From an uncultured cyanobacterium (GTDB lineage Bacteria; Cyanobacteriota; Cyanobacteriia; Cyanobacteriales; Microcystaceae), in NCBI GenBank assembly GCA_963807635.1, contig CAWEDJ010000027.1:1-25771 (forward strand): a stretch of DNA of 25,771 nt, in the 5' to 3' direction. The translations under genes were made by a program, and so were the position numbers. The notes under the pieces are model-generated. The model made no database searches, was not told the DNA's origin, and worked only from the letters and a program-made list of their open reading frames with translations. Shown piece after piece: positions 1-9,857 of the stretch. The first letter of the stretch is position 1; every line of letters begins with the position of its first letter.

Positions 1-2
1 AA

Positions 3-38
3 CCCCAAAACCCCAAAACCCCAAAACCCCAAAACCCC
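3..38 (+). repeat. Ciliate-type telomere, C-rich strand (C4A4 repeats)
   Basis: CCCC(AAAACCCC)4 read directly at the window start. C4A4 is the telomere repeat of nanochromosome-bearing ciliates such as Oxytricha, Stylonychia, Euplotes and Nyctotherus. Confidence 0.95.
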
Positions 39-55
39 AAATTTTAATTTTATCG

Positions 56-729
56 TCAAATAATGTATTTCATTCGTCTTGGTTAATATCCATGATTTAT
101 TTAGGTATGTGACTGAAATTCCGCAAAAACATGTATCGTCATCCCCCTATTCCGGAAAAGTATTTATCAAATTCTTCTACTATTCGGCCATGAGTAATTA
201 CTATAAGAATCTATGAGATGCATATGGAGAAGAAATAAGGAGCTGCTGCAGTGTGCTGAACTCCATTTCTTACCCTCTCCACCGTTTGCTTCATAATTTT
301 TCCGGATATTTCCACATTTTTGTCCTCCATTTCCCACGACCTTCACTTTCTCGTACAGCATTCCCATAACTTTCTTCTCGTTTCTTCTCCACAAACAATT
401 TACCATCGGATTCTCATAAAAATGGTGCTCATACAATTCCTCCAAAAATGCATTCTCCATCACTATTTCTCCAGTCACTATTCATGGATTTAACAATTTC
501 ATTTGCTGTCTGAATCGTCCTCAATAATGGCGAGCAAAAGATAGTCACTTTACTTCCGCTTCAAATACGTTTTTAAATATTCACCCGTAATTTTGGCCTG
601 TTCTTTTCCTGCAATGGATAAGCATGGATCATAAGATATATCATAATGGTATTTCTCAGTTTCACTAAAAACATAATCGGCCCGCTCTCCATGTCTTAAA
701 TATATAATACGTTTTGCCAGAATTTGCAT
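56..729 (-). CDS. Eukaryotic (ciliate) histidine phosphatase / phosphoglycerate mutase family protein, about 220 aa, reconstructed across several frame switches
   Basis: Hand translation of the minus strand from ATG 729 gives MQILAKRIIYLRHGERADYVF...YDPCLSIAGKEQAKITGEYLK. From 551 it reads KVTIFCSPLLRTIQTANEIV, from 478 VTGEIVMENAFLEEL (the listed 167..478 ORF), from 210 ILIVITHGRIVEEF, and from 140 DDTCFCGISVTYLNKSWILTKTNEIHY. The RHG, SPxxRxxQTA and THG motifs occur in the correct order. The stop position is uncertain (TGA 58-56 in an adjacent frame). Confidence 0.85.
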
Positions 730-753
730 TTATTTTATGTATTTTATTTCCAC

Positions 754-802
754 TTTTGGGGTTTTGGGGTTTTGGGGTTTCGGGGTTTTGGGGTTTTGGG
801 GG
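754..802 (+). repeat. Ciliate-type telomere, G-rich strand (T4G4 repeats)
   Basis: Six G blocks, (TTTTGGGG)n, with one T>C at 781 and a final G5. It is inverted relative to 3-38, so it closes a linear molecule. Confidence 0.95.
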
Positions 803-1276
803 AATTTTTCCACCTAATTCTTACCTAATTCTTAATCAATCAACTTAGTCAATTATCATGGAAAGATAAAAGTTTAAATTTTACCAAGCAAATTTTTAGA
901 TTTTTTGGAGTTAAGATTCTAATTTTTGGTATTTCTTCAGAAGATAAACATTTCAGATTTACATTCCTTGATTTTTGTAAATAAGACTCTAGAAATTGAT
1001 AGGTCTATCAATAAATTTTACTCTATTAACAAACTGGACACCCTTTTAAATGCCTAGCTATAGACGACTTCTCTCTCTTAGTGCTTTTTGAAAATTATTT
1101 TTCTATATTTTCTAAAGAGAATGGCGTTAATTGATATTATTATATTTTAAACATCCTAAAATCCTTATTTTAATCAAGCTCTATTAAAAACTGATCGTCC
1201 CAATTCCTGCTCTTTCTCATGTTTTGCCTTTAATTCAAAAAAATTATTGTTTTTCCTTACTTTCCCCGTCGAATTC

Positions 1277-2808
1277 ATGCCTGATTCAAATACTTCCTTT
1301 GCCAGCTATTATCACGAACAAACCAAGTATCATCCAGAAACGATCGCGTCAAAAAATAAAGTTTTGGACTGGGGAAATCAGCCCTCAGTTTTCAAAGAAT
1401 ATAAAATCGGCACAATCTACGATTTACAGCCGTTTTTGACCGCTTCTCCTACAGAAGACCCCGACATAAGAGCATGGGAAAGATTGTCTCGACTTTTAGC
1501 CTGTAGCTATGGTCTGACCGCGAAAATTCCCAGCATGGGAAATCCGATTTACTTGAGAACGGCTCCTTCGGCAGGGGGACTGTATCCCGCAGAGGTCTAT
1601 TTGATTTCTAGAGGAACAAAGCTTTTACCCTCTGGTTTGTATAGCTATCAACCCCTGACCCATTCCTTGATCCATTTTTGGGCTAGTGAGGTTTGGACAA
1701 AGCTGAAAGAAGCGTGTTTTGGTCATTTAGCTTTGAAAAATACGAGTTTTGTCTTGGTGACAACGGCAATTTTTAATCGTTCGGCTTGGCGTTACGAAGA
1801 CCGAGCCTATCGACGGATTTTTTTGGATACAGGTCATCTTTTAGGCAATATTGAGTTGGCGGGCGCGCTCTATGGCTATCATCCCCACTTAATCGGCGGT
1901 TTTCGAGATCAGGCGATGAATGATCTACTCTATCTTGATGCCGATCAAGAAAGCGTGATGACCGTGATTCCTTTGACGGATTTACAAACGGTTAACCCCG
2001 CGATCGCCGAATCTCCCCTAACCGCCTTGCCTTCTCCCATTGGTCAGGATTTTCTCTCAGTCAGAAAGGGAGAATTACTCAAGACCTTTCACCGCGCAAC
2101 GGAAATTCAGGCGCAAACGCCGAAGGAATTATTGCTATCTCAAATCACTCATCAGGGGTCGGAAGATAAATATAATTTTCCCTTTTGCCTAAAGATCTCC
2201 ACTCAGACATCTCCGATCAATTGGGGAAATAATCTAGCAGAACTAGAAAAAACAATTCTCCGTCGGCGTTCCACTAGGGCTTATACAGGGGAATTTTTAA
2301 CCCTAGATGAATTGAAGGCATTGCTAAGTTTTACCTATCAGGCTCAAGATTATGAAACACAAAATCTCGACTCCAGCCCTGATTATTTTGATTTAAGTTT
2401 AATTCAAACCTTTATTGCCGTTTCAGGGGTAACGGGTCTGGAAGAAGGCTGTTATTATTACGCTCCCCAAGCCCAGGAGTTGCGCCAAATTCGGTTTAAA
2501 AATTTTCGATCTGAATTACATTATCTCTGTTTGGGTCAGGATTTAGGACGGGATGCGGGGGCTGTGATTTTCCATACGGCGGATCTCCAACAGGCTGTCC
2601 AAAAATACGGCGATCGCGCCTACCGATATCTCCATCTAGATGCGGGACACCTGGGACAACGCCTAAACCTAGCCGCTATGCAATTGGGTTTAGGGGTGAG
2701 TGGCATTGGAGGGTTCTTTGATGATCAGGTCAATGAGGTGCTAGGTATTCCCGAAGATGAAGCGGCACTATATATCACAACCCTTGGCGGCCTCGGTTTT
2801 CGATCTAG
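1277..2808 (+). CDS. SagB/ThcOx-family dehydrogenase (tandem nitroreductase domains)
   Basis: Motifs RTAPSAGGLYPAEVY, WRYEDRAYRRIFLDTGH, RRRSTRAY and KYGDRAYRYLHLDAGH. ATG 1277 is the likely start. Adding one base at about 2786 restores the family-like end YITTLGRPRFSI* (TAG 2806-2808), so the ORF-track tail to 3025 is probably an artefact. Confidence 0.85.
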
Positions 2809-3178
2809 AGTACTGATGATATTCATAATTAATTATTCCCAATTCCAGAATTTGGAGCAAAAATCGGTTATTATTGATCTCAACCCAGAAGGCGAGAAAC
2901 TTTTCTTTTTATATAACGCCAAGAAATCCTCCTATGGGAACCTTTATATAGAACGAAAAAACATAAAAGTCATGAATCCTTTCGGAAGAGCAATGGGGCA
3001 GACAAAACATTCTCTCTCAGATTGACTGTTAAATAAGCCAAAATTTTTTTATCCACCTAATTAATGCGCAACTATCCACTCTAGGCAAAAACGACCAACA
3101 AGTGCTATACCATCTATAGTGCTATAGACAACTAGACCCCCCTTGACCCAAACTTCGTCTTTTTTCATTGATAGAACC

Positions 3179-5504
3179 ATGTCAAACCCCCAATCCAATG
3201 GTGTTAATCTTAGCGAGTATCCTCTAATTCAAAACTCCTTCTCCCAAAACTCTGTAAATCAAGCTCCAGAGGTATTTGAAGATGACGACGAAGAACTAGA
3301 TCTCAGGCAAATTTCTAAAGTCATTCGTCGCCGAGGATGGTTAATGCTAGGGGCAGGGTTGGCCGTGACTTTTTTGGTGGGAAGTAGACTTATGAACACC
3401 CCCCCCATGTATCAAGAAAAATTTCAACTGCTGGTTCAACCCCCCAGGAACTGATATGTCTAATCCTCTTGCAGGGATTCAAAGTCTCACGGCTGGCTTA
3501 AATTTGGGGAAGGATGTTTCTTATTATGACACGCAAATACAAATTCTTCTCAGTAACAAACTTCTACTACCGATCGTCTGATTAAGTTAACCAAGAATTT
3601 CTTCAAGACAAGACTAATCGAGAATATTTTCAAGGAGATGACCCACTCAAAATTTTTGATCTTGACTTTTTGCTTGGCAACTTGAGAGTAGGACAATCTA
3701 AAAGATACTCAAATTTTGGAAGTTGGCTTTCAAGATAAGGATCCAAAATTGGTTGAGTTCGTTTTACGAGCTTTGTCAAATGCCTATTTAGCCTATACCT
3801 TAGAAGACCAAAATATTAAGTCCGCTCAGCAGTTATCCTTTGTTGACAAACAAATTTCAGCCGTTAAAAAACAATTGGCCGACTTACAAAAACAACTTCA
3901 AGAGTTTCGCCTTAAAACGAATTTTATCGATCCCCAGTCCCAGGGGACTGTAATTTCCAGTAGCCTGGTTGCATTAAATCAATCAAAACAACAAAATGAC
4001 GCTGAGTTAAATCAGTCCATCGCTCTATATAATAATTTGCGCAAACAATTAGGAATTGGCGAAGAGCAGGCGATCGCCCTGAGTGCCTTGACCGAATCTC
4101 CCCGCTACATGGGGCTCTTAAATCAATTAAGAGAAATAGACAGTAAATTGGCGGCAGCTTCAGCTCGTTATACCGATGACAATATTATTATTCAGCAACT
4201 CCAAACAGAAAGAGAAAATTTATTGCCGCTCCTTTCCCAAGAAACCCAAATTGCTTTAAAAGGTCTTCCCATTGATTCAACCCAGTTCCAGAGTAAGTTT
4301 GTTTCTCCTAATAGTATTCGACTCAATCTTACCCAGCAAATCCTCGTAGCCGCAAACCAAGTAAAAGGAGCCAAGGCACGCCAAAAATCTTTGGTAGTTA
4401 CTGAGCAACAAATGCGTCAATATATCAGAGACTTTGCCAACGCTTCAGGACGCTATGCAGAACTGACAGGAGAGATTGAAATTGGCACCAGAAGTTTAAC
4501 CTCTCTACTATCCGCTAAACAATTACTAGAGGTAGAATCGGCTAAACAATTTATTCCTTGGCGGCTAGTTTCCGAAATTCGCACTCCCCAAAGACCTTAC
4601 AGTCAGTTATTGCGAAATTTATTGTTGTCTTTATTAGCAGGAATCGTTGCTGGGGCTGTGGTCGGACTACTGGCAGAAAGTTTAGACCGCAGTTTTCATA
4701 CTCCCGAAGAAATCACCGAAGAAACAGGGGTTAGTGTGTTGGGGACGATTCCCTTCCAGCCTGGAATGACCGATTTTAAAACAAAAGCCTTTAAGATTTT
4801 TGATCAAAAAAAATCAGACTGGACAGGTTTCACGGAAGCTTTCTCTTTTTTTATATACCAATCTCTTCTTTCTGCGAGAACGCCGCTCCTGCCGTTCTTT
4901 TGTGATCACCTCTGCCATTCCGGGGGAAGGCAAGTCCACTAGCGCATTTTTTCTGGCTCAATCAGCAGCTAAAATTGGGCAAAAAGTCTTACTAGTTGAC
5001 GGAGACCGTTATTTTCCCCAACAGCAACGCTGGTCATTGCTTGCCAAGGTTCATGGCAAAGAGCAAGAGGTTCCCTCTGAAGCACTGCCCGATGAATCAG
5101 ATAATCAGCTCGTTCCATCGCTCATGAGTCAGAATCTCTACGTGATCAAGGCCGCAGGGAAATGGTTTAATCCGACTGAATTAGTCAGTTCTAAAAGTTT
5201 GGCGATGTTTATCAAGCAGTGGGAAGAGGAGTTCGATCTAATCTTGGTCGATTCTCCGCCTATTTTAGGAATCGCTGATACAAAATTATTAGCCAATCAA
5301 ACTGATGGTGTGTTACTCGTGGTACGTTTGGATAAAACCAGTCGTGATCTCACCAAGGAAGTTTTATTAGAGTTAAAAATGTCCAATATTCCTATCTGGG
5401 GAATTGTTGCCAATGGATCGAAGAATTCTAGTCGCAGGGATTATTATTACCATAATTATTACCATCAGGCAAAGACAAACAATGCTTCACTCGCTCCTTT
5501 TTAG
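3179..5504 (+). CDS. wzc: Wzc/GumC-family polysaccharide co-polymerase with BY-kinase domain (frameshifted in this sequence)
   Basis: The pieces in order are an N-terminal ELDLRQI..IRRR plus TM segment, YYDTQIQILLS (about 3522-3555, another frame), a coiled coil and second TM (3716-4942 ORF), Walker A TSAIPGEGKST, VDGD, Walker B LVDSPP, and a C-terminal tyrosine cluster DYYYHNYY. Frame switches occur at about 3445, 3580-3715 and about 4850. Confidence 0.85.
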
Positions 5505-5553
5505 TTTTTTTATGTGTGTATATTCTGAGTCCCCTGATAGAAAATCCGAAAGA

Positions 5554-6807
5554 TTATAAGGACCGAAAAACGGCAAAGACAGATGTGTACCCATGCAAAA
5601 AGGTTCTTTTACCAACAGGGCCGATTTCACCGTTGCAAAAAAATCCTGCTAGGGGAATATCTGGAATGTGATCTCGGAATAATTCAGAATCAAAGTTAGG
5701 AACTTGATAAAGAGAGCTGCCTCTTCCTAAACAGGAAAATAAGAGAGCCGCTTGAGCTAAATTCGTTTTTGAGTTTGTTTGATATTTTTTTAATAGAAAA
5801 TTCAGGTCTTCTGCTGAAGTTTGAGCGTCCCTCAGATGAAACTGGATTCTTTGGCCTGGACGGACACGATCGCCGATGGCAATAGCTCCATAACGGGGAT
5901 CAACTCCCAGTAAGTTACGGATCAAAAAATCGCCTGACTGTAGGGCTAATTTAAATTCATCCCCGACGAGGCCGACAAAAAGAGAATTTTGGGCTAATTC
6001 TTGATCTTTTTTACTTAAGGTTTGGATTAAATTTCTTAACGCTTCTAACGGTGGAACAGGACGTAACTCGCCACTTTTATCATCGGGGACTAAAATTTCC
6101 GTGATAATATTTCGTTCTCCTTGACTGACTTGATAGGGTTGGCCAATGGGACGACAGCCCTGGGCGACAATCGTATCAATCTGAATATTTCCACTGAGCG
6201 CAACTCCGATAGTTCCCTGCCCATAGAGGGGAGAAGACGGTTGATTTTTATCATAAAAAAATAAATTTCCCTGATTCATCATCCCGCCACCACTGGCTAA
6301 ACCACCAATTTTGACCGATTGGGGATAGGCAAAATCTAAACCTTCGAGCAGATCATTAATCCCTGTTGCCATCGGATCGGATAAAAGAATGAAATGGGGA
6401 TTTTTTTCGGGGGCAACTTTGACAAGTTCCGTCCATTTTTTGGGAGGGCTATCGGAATCGGGTAGGCGATCGCTGTCAATCCGAAACGCTTGGATCTCCA
6501 CGTCTGGTAAACGAGCGACCATTAAACTCAGAGCAGGAGTTCCTTCTACTTCTAAAACCTGATCGGGTTCTTTCATCCCAATAATGCCACCGCCGCCACA
6601 ACCAATGAGTAGGGGCAAAGATATTTTTTCCAGTAACAGAGGTACAAGACGAGAATAATCACTGGCAAAGGCTGCTGAAAGAAACACAATCCCTAAATCA
6701 GGGCTATCTGTAAAGGATTCCTTGATACCAGCGACAACTTCAGACACCGCAGCCTCCAATGAAGGACGAGTGGATAGCGCATTGGCCCATTGCATTGGCT
6801 TGGTCAT
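5554..6807 (-). CDS. FIST domain signal-transduction protein (FIST_N + FIST_C)
   Basis: Motifs GCGGGGIIG, GGLASG, VAQGCRPIG, FSCLGRG and GFFCNGEIGP...LHGYT. ATG 6807 was chosen as the start. Confidence 0.88.
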   Translation of the reverse strand: MTKPMQWANALSTRPSLEAAVSEVVAGIKESFTDSPDLGIVFLSAAFASDYSRLVPLLLEKISLPLLIGCGGGGIIGMKEPDQVLEVEGTPALSLMVARLPDVEIQAFRIDSDRLPDSDSPPKKWTELVKVAPEKNPHFILLSDPMATGINDLLEGLDFAYPQSVKIGGLASGGGMMNQGNLFFYDKNQPSSPLYGQGTIGVALSGNIQIDTIVAQGCRPIGQPYQVSQGERNIITEILVPDDKSGELRPVPPLEALRNLIQTLSKKDQELAQNSLFVGLVGDEFKLALQSGDFLIRNLLGVDPRYGAIAIGDRVRPGQRIQFHLRDAQTSAEDLNFLLKKYQTNSKTNLAQAALLFSCLGRGSSLYQVPNFDSELFRDHIPDIPLAGFFCNGEIGPVGKRTFLHGYTSVFAVFRSL

Positions 6808-7031
6808 GAAATTTGCCCCCAGGCTTTTAAAAATCACAAAAACGATGGATCAGTCTTGAAAAATTGAAGATCCTAGTTTCATTGTCCCCCAGGACGCGAT
6901 CGCCAAATAGCATCTTCTAGCATCTGTTATATTATAGGGAAGATATCTACAGGGGCGTAAGCACTGCGGATCCCATTCGTTAGGACAAACTTGTTTTTTA
7001 CCGTTTAGAAATTTTAGACATTCAAACACCT

Positions 7032-7258
7032 ATGAGCAATATCCAAGAAAAAATCGAACAAGAATTAGCCAACGCTAGAGAAATCTGTAGCGTAGATGGA
7101 TTATACGTCCTGGTGAATGCGCCGCCGCCTGGGATGCGGTAGAAGAATTGCAAGCTGAAGCCGCCCACCAACGCGAAGGAACTCCAGTGCCTAACTCTCT
7201 TCAGCAATATTGTGATGAAAATCCAGATGCTGCCGAATGCCGTATCTATGACGACTAG
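7032..7258 (+). CDS. cp12: Calvin cycle regulator CP12 (absent from the ORF track because of an indel at about 7100-7112)
   Basis: Reads MSNIQEKIEQELANAREICSVDG / GECAAAWDAVEELQAEAAHQ...YCDENPDAAECRIYDD*. It has the AWD_VEEL core and both cysteine pairs. The 227-nt span is not divisible by 3. Confidence 0.95.
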
Positions 7259-7308
7259 ACTAACGCTTTAATCCCTTCATTTCTTTAAGACCAAAACTTC
7301 TTTTTTCT

Positions 7309-7345
7309 AACAGTGAGATTCTTTTTGAGGATTTTCACTGTTTTT
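7309..7345 (+). terminator. Probable intrinsic terminator after cp12
   Basis: AACAGTGAGATTCT...AGGATTTTCACTGTT forms a stem with G-U pairs and runs into a T tract. Confidence 0.55.
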
Positions 7346-7403
7346 AGTGACTTTTTATCTCCCTATCTCCTGCTAAAATAATTCTTTCAATACATTTAAT
7401 ACA

Positions 7404-7997
7404 ATGGAACAAGTCTGGTTTCGTCCCTTGGTCTGGCTCGATTATCGGTTAGAGGTAATTTTTGCCCTATTTTTGCCCATAATTTTGTTGATTTGGTCGC
7501 TCTTACAACGCTCAGATGCCATTCAACAATTACTAATTATCTATTGGCGTGTAGCAAGCTTGTTGATGATTACGGTTTATCTGATGATTCCTAGTTGGCC
7601 CGTTGCCTATGTGACGGGGATAATTGCGCGAATTCTCATTCCCCTATCCCTTTGGTTCTGGGTTGATCTCAATGATGAAATCAAGGATTCCCGCCCGACC
7701 CTTTTAAAATTAGTGACAACCTCCTGGCGATGGGCCATCACCATCTATTGCAGTTTAGGAGTCATGGCTTTTATTCCCTTCCTTTCCTGTGCTTTTTCGG
7801 CTGGAGCCGTAGAAACTCCCTTTTGTCAGGTGTGGTTACAGGCTCCCTGGCGTTATAAAGAAATTATTCATCCGAATGCAACCCCTGGCTTTTTAGGATT
7901 TTTGGGCATCATCGGACTCGTCAGCTACGTTCTGTATTTTCTCTATTTTATTTTTATCCGTCTTGCTAAACAGGGACGCTCTGCCTTAGAACAGTGA
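7404..7997 (+). CDS. DUF3177-like cyanobacterial membrane protein
   Basis: 197 aa with several TM segments and motifs LVWLDYRL, IYWRVASLL and LWFWVDLNDEI recalled for this family. Confidence 0.75.
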   Translation: MEQVWFRPLVWLDYRLEVIFALFLPIILLIWSLLQRSDAIQQLLIIYWRVASLLMITVYLMIPSWPVAYVTGIIARILIPLSLWFWVDLNDEIKDSRPTLLKLVTTSWRWAITIYCSLGVMAFIPFLSCAFSAGAVETPFCQVWLQAPWRYKEIIHPNATPGFLGFLGIIGLVSYVLYFLYFIFIRLAKQGRSALEQ

Positions 7998-8299
7998 AAC
8001 CATCTATTTTACCGATCAGTCGATTAGAGCAATATAGCTTGCGTTTTCCCCAGGAAGTTTTATTCCTCACCGTAGAGGATCGAGGAGAACGGGATGAAAT
8101 TTTAGTCTTCAAAGGATTTTCGAGTTCTTTAATTAATTTCACCCATTCCGATCCCGATATTCCGATTTTGTCCGAAACGGCTGTTATTTTAAGCATCGAT
8201 CGCCTTCTTAGCCCCTACAATCCGAACTCTCCGAACTATTTGGAAAAAGGATTAACTTGGGATCGGATGCTTGAACGTTTGAACGACTTAAATTTATAA
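7994..8299 (+). CDS. Conserved hypothetical protein
   Basis: 101 aa with a GTGA start/stop overlap with the upstream gene and an EILVFKGFSSSL...IDRLLSPYNP motif typical of a cyanobacterial/plastid conserved protein. Confidence 0.7.
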   Translation: MKPSILPISRLEQYSLRFPQEVLFLTVEDRGERDEILVFKGFSSSLINFTHSDPDIPILSETAVILSIDRLLSPYNPNSPNYLEKGLTWDRMLERLNDLNL

Positions 8300-8402
8300 T
8301 TCGTCAGGCACTAAACTTATTGAAAAAATGTCTCTCTAAATTAAGTTCAAATTGTCTATAAAGATATATCCTTGTAGTGTGATGCGTGAGGACGTGCGAT
8401 TT

Positions 8403-9857
8403 ATGGTTGCTTCTATGGTTTCTGGTATTAATAGTCGATTATTGTCTGAGTCTTCTATTTCAACTAATTTGTCTAATCAAGGCTTAAATTTCTCGAAAGC
8501 TCCCCTCTTTGGGACTGATGGTATTCGAGGCAAAGTGGGCGATTTACTGACGGCTCCCTTTGCATTGCAATTAGGTTTTTGGGCGGGTCAAATTTTAAAG
8601 GAAAATTCCCCCGTTGCTGGCCCTGTGTTTATTGGTCAAGATTCCCGCAATTCTAGTGATATGTTGGCGATGGCGATCGCGGCGGGATTAACCTCGGCGG
8701 GGTTAGAAGTTTGGCAATTGGGTTTATGTCCCACGCCCTGTGTCGCTCACTTGGCAGGGGTAATGAATGCGATCGGGGGAATCATGATTTCAGCCAGCCA
8801 CAATCCCCCCGAAGATAATGGCATTAAATTTTTTAGCGCGGAAGGACTGAAATTAGGCAAAACCCAGACCCAACGCATTGAAGCAGGACTACGGGGCCAA
8901 ATTCCCTCCTCGGTAGAAAATTCTTCTCCCTACGGTAAAGCTTTCCATGACCCTAATATGGTCAATTACTATGGACAGTTTTTATTAAACGGATTGCCTA
9001 AAGACATCGATTTTAGTGGAATGCGTATCGTTTTGGATCTAGCCTGGGGAGCCTCTGTCCTCATTGCCCCTGAAATGTTTAGAGTCTTGGGAGCAGAAGT
9101 GATTTGTCTCCATGATCAGCCCAACGGCGATCGCATTAATGTGAATTGTGGTTCTACCAATTTAACTGCATTAAAACAAGCCGTTAAGGAACATCAGGCC
9201 GATTTTGGCTTTGCCTTTGATGGGGATGCTGATCGCGTGATGGCGGTTGATAACAAGGGAAAAAGTATTGATGGAGACTATATTCTTTATTTTTGGGGCA
9301 AAACCCTCAAAGAACGTCAAGAATTACCCAATAACTTGATTATTAGTACGGTGATGGCGAATCTAGGCTTTGAAAGAGCTTGGCAAAAATTGGGCGGAAA
9401 TCTCGTTCGTACCGCCGTCGGAGATCAATATGTCCAAGCCCATATGTGGGAAACAGGGGCGATGTTAGGCGGAGAACAATCGGGTCACATCATCTGTCAT
9501 CATCACAGTTTTTCGGGAGATGGCGTACAAGCGGCATTGCATTTAACCTCCTTAGTGAAACAATCGGGACTTTCTCTCAGTGAGCTTTTGGAAGAAAGTT
9601 TCCATCCCTATCCCCAAATTTTACGCAACGTTCGGGTAGAAGACCGCGATCGCCGATTGAATTGGCAAGATTGTGATATTTTGCAAAACGCGATCGCCCA
9701 AGCTGAAGCCGCAATGGGAGAGGATGGACGAATTTTAGTCAGAGCATCAGGAACGGAACCCGTTATCCGCGTTATGGTAGAGTCTGCCAGTGCCGACGAT
9801 GCCGAACATTGGACAAGCGAACTAATTAAAGTCGTTCAAACCCAATTTGCGGCTTAA
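8403..9857 (+). CDS. glmM: Phosphoglucosamine mutase
   Basis: Motifs [17 protein letters not shown] (catalytic Ser), FDGDADR, GGEQSGH and VRASGTEP. Confidence 0.96.
   Translation: MVASMVSGINSRLLSESSISTNLSNQGLNFSKAPLFGTDGIRGKVGDLLTAPFALQLGFWAGQILKENSPVAGPVFIGQDSRNSSDMLAMAIAAGLTSAGLEVWQLGLCPTPCVAHLAGVMNAIGGIMISASHNPPEDNGIKFFSAEGLKLGKTQTQRIEAGLRGQIPSSVENSSPYGKAFHDPNMVNYYGQFLLNGLPKDIDFSGMRIVLDLAWGASVLIAPEMFRVLGAEVICLHDQPNGDRINVNCGSTNLTALKQAVKEHQADFGFAFDGDADRVMAVDNKGKSIDGDYILYFWGKTLKERQELPNNLIISTVMANLGFERAWQKLGGNLVRTAVGDQYVQAHMWETGAMLGGEQSGHIICHHHSFSGDGVQAALHLTSLVKQSGLSLSELLEESFHPYPQILRNVRVEDRDRRLNWQDCDILQNAIAQAEAAMGEDGRILVRASGTEPVIRVMVESASADDAEHWTSELIKVVQTQFAA

Noticed and set aside
167..478. 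Stand-alone 103-aa ORF
   Set aside because: It is a middle fragment of the frameshifted histidine-phosphatase gene, and its C-terminal part is out of frame.
559..568. GT...AG mini-intron explaining the first frame switch
   Set aside because: It would be only 10 nt, shorter than known spliceosomal introns.
1..802. Linear bacterial replicon end, CRISPR array or cyanobacterial STRR repeat
   Set aside because: The unit is the 8-bp C4A4 in inverted orientation around one gene, with no spacers. The second telomere is internal and faces the wrong way to cap the bacterial DNA.
1277..3025. RiPP (azole/cyanobactin) cluster around the SagB-type gene, or a novel C-terminal extension
   Set aside because: There is no YcaO, precursor peptide or transporter nearby. 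The extension disappears with one added base at about 2786.
7022..7207. 61-aa minus-strand ORF and other short antisense ORFs in the track
   Set aside because: These are shadows of cp12 and other well-supported genes and carry no motifs.
9822..9857. 36-nt convergent overlap of glmM and nnr
   Set aside because: One base fewer in the A run at about 9856-9860 would stop nnr earlier, so this is probably a homopolymer error or trivial.
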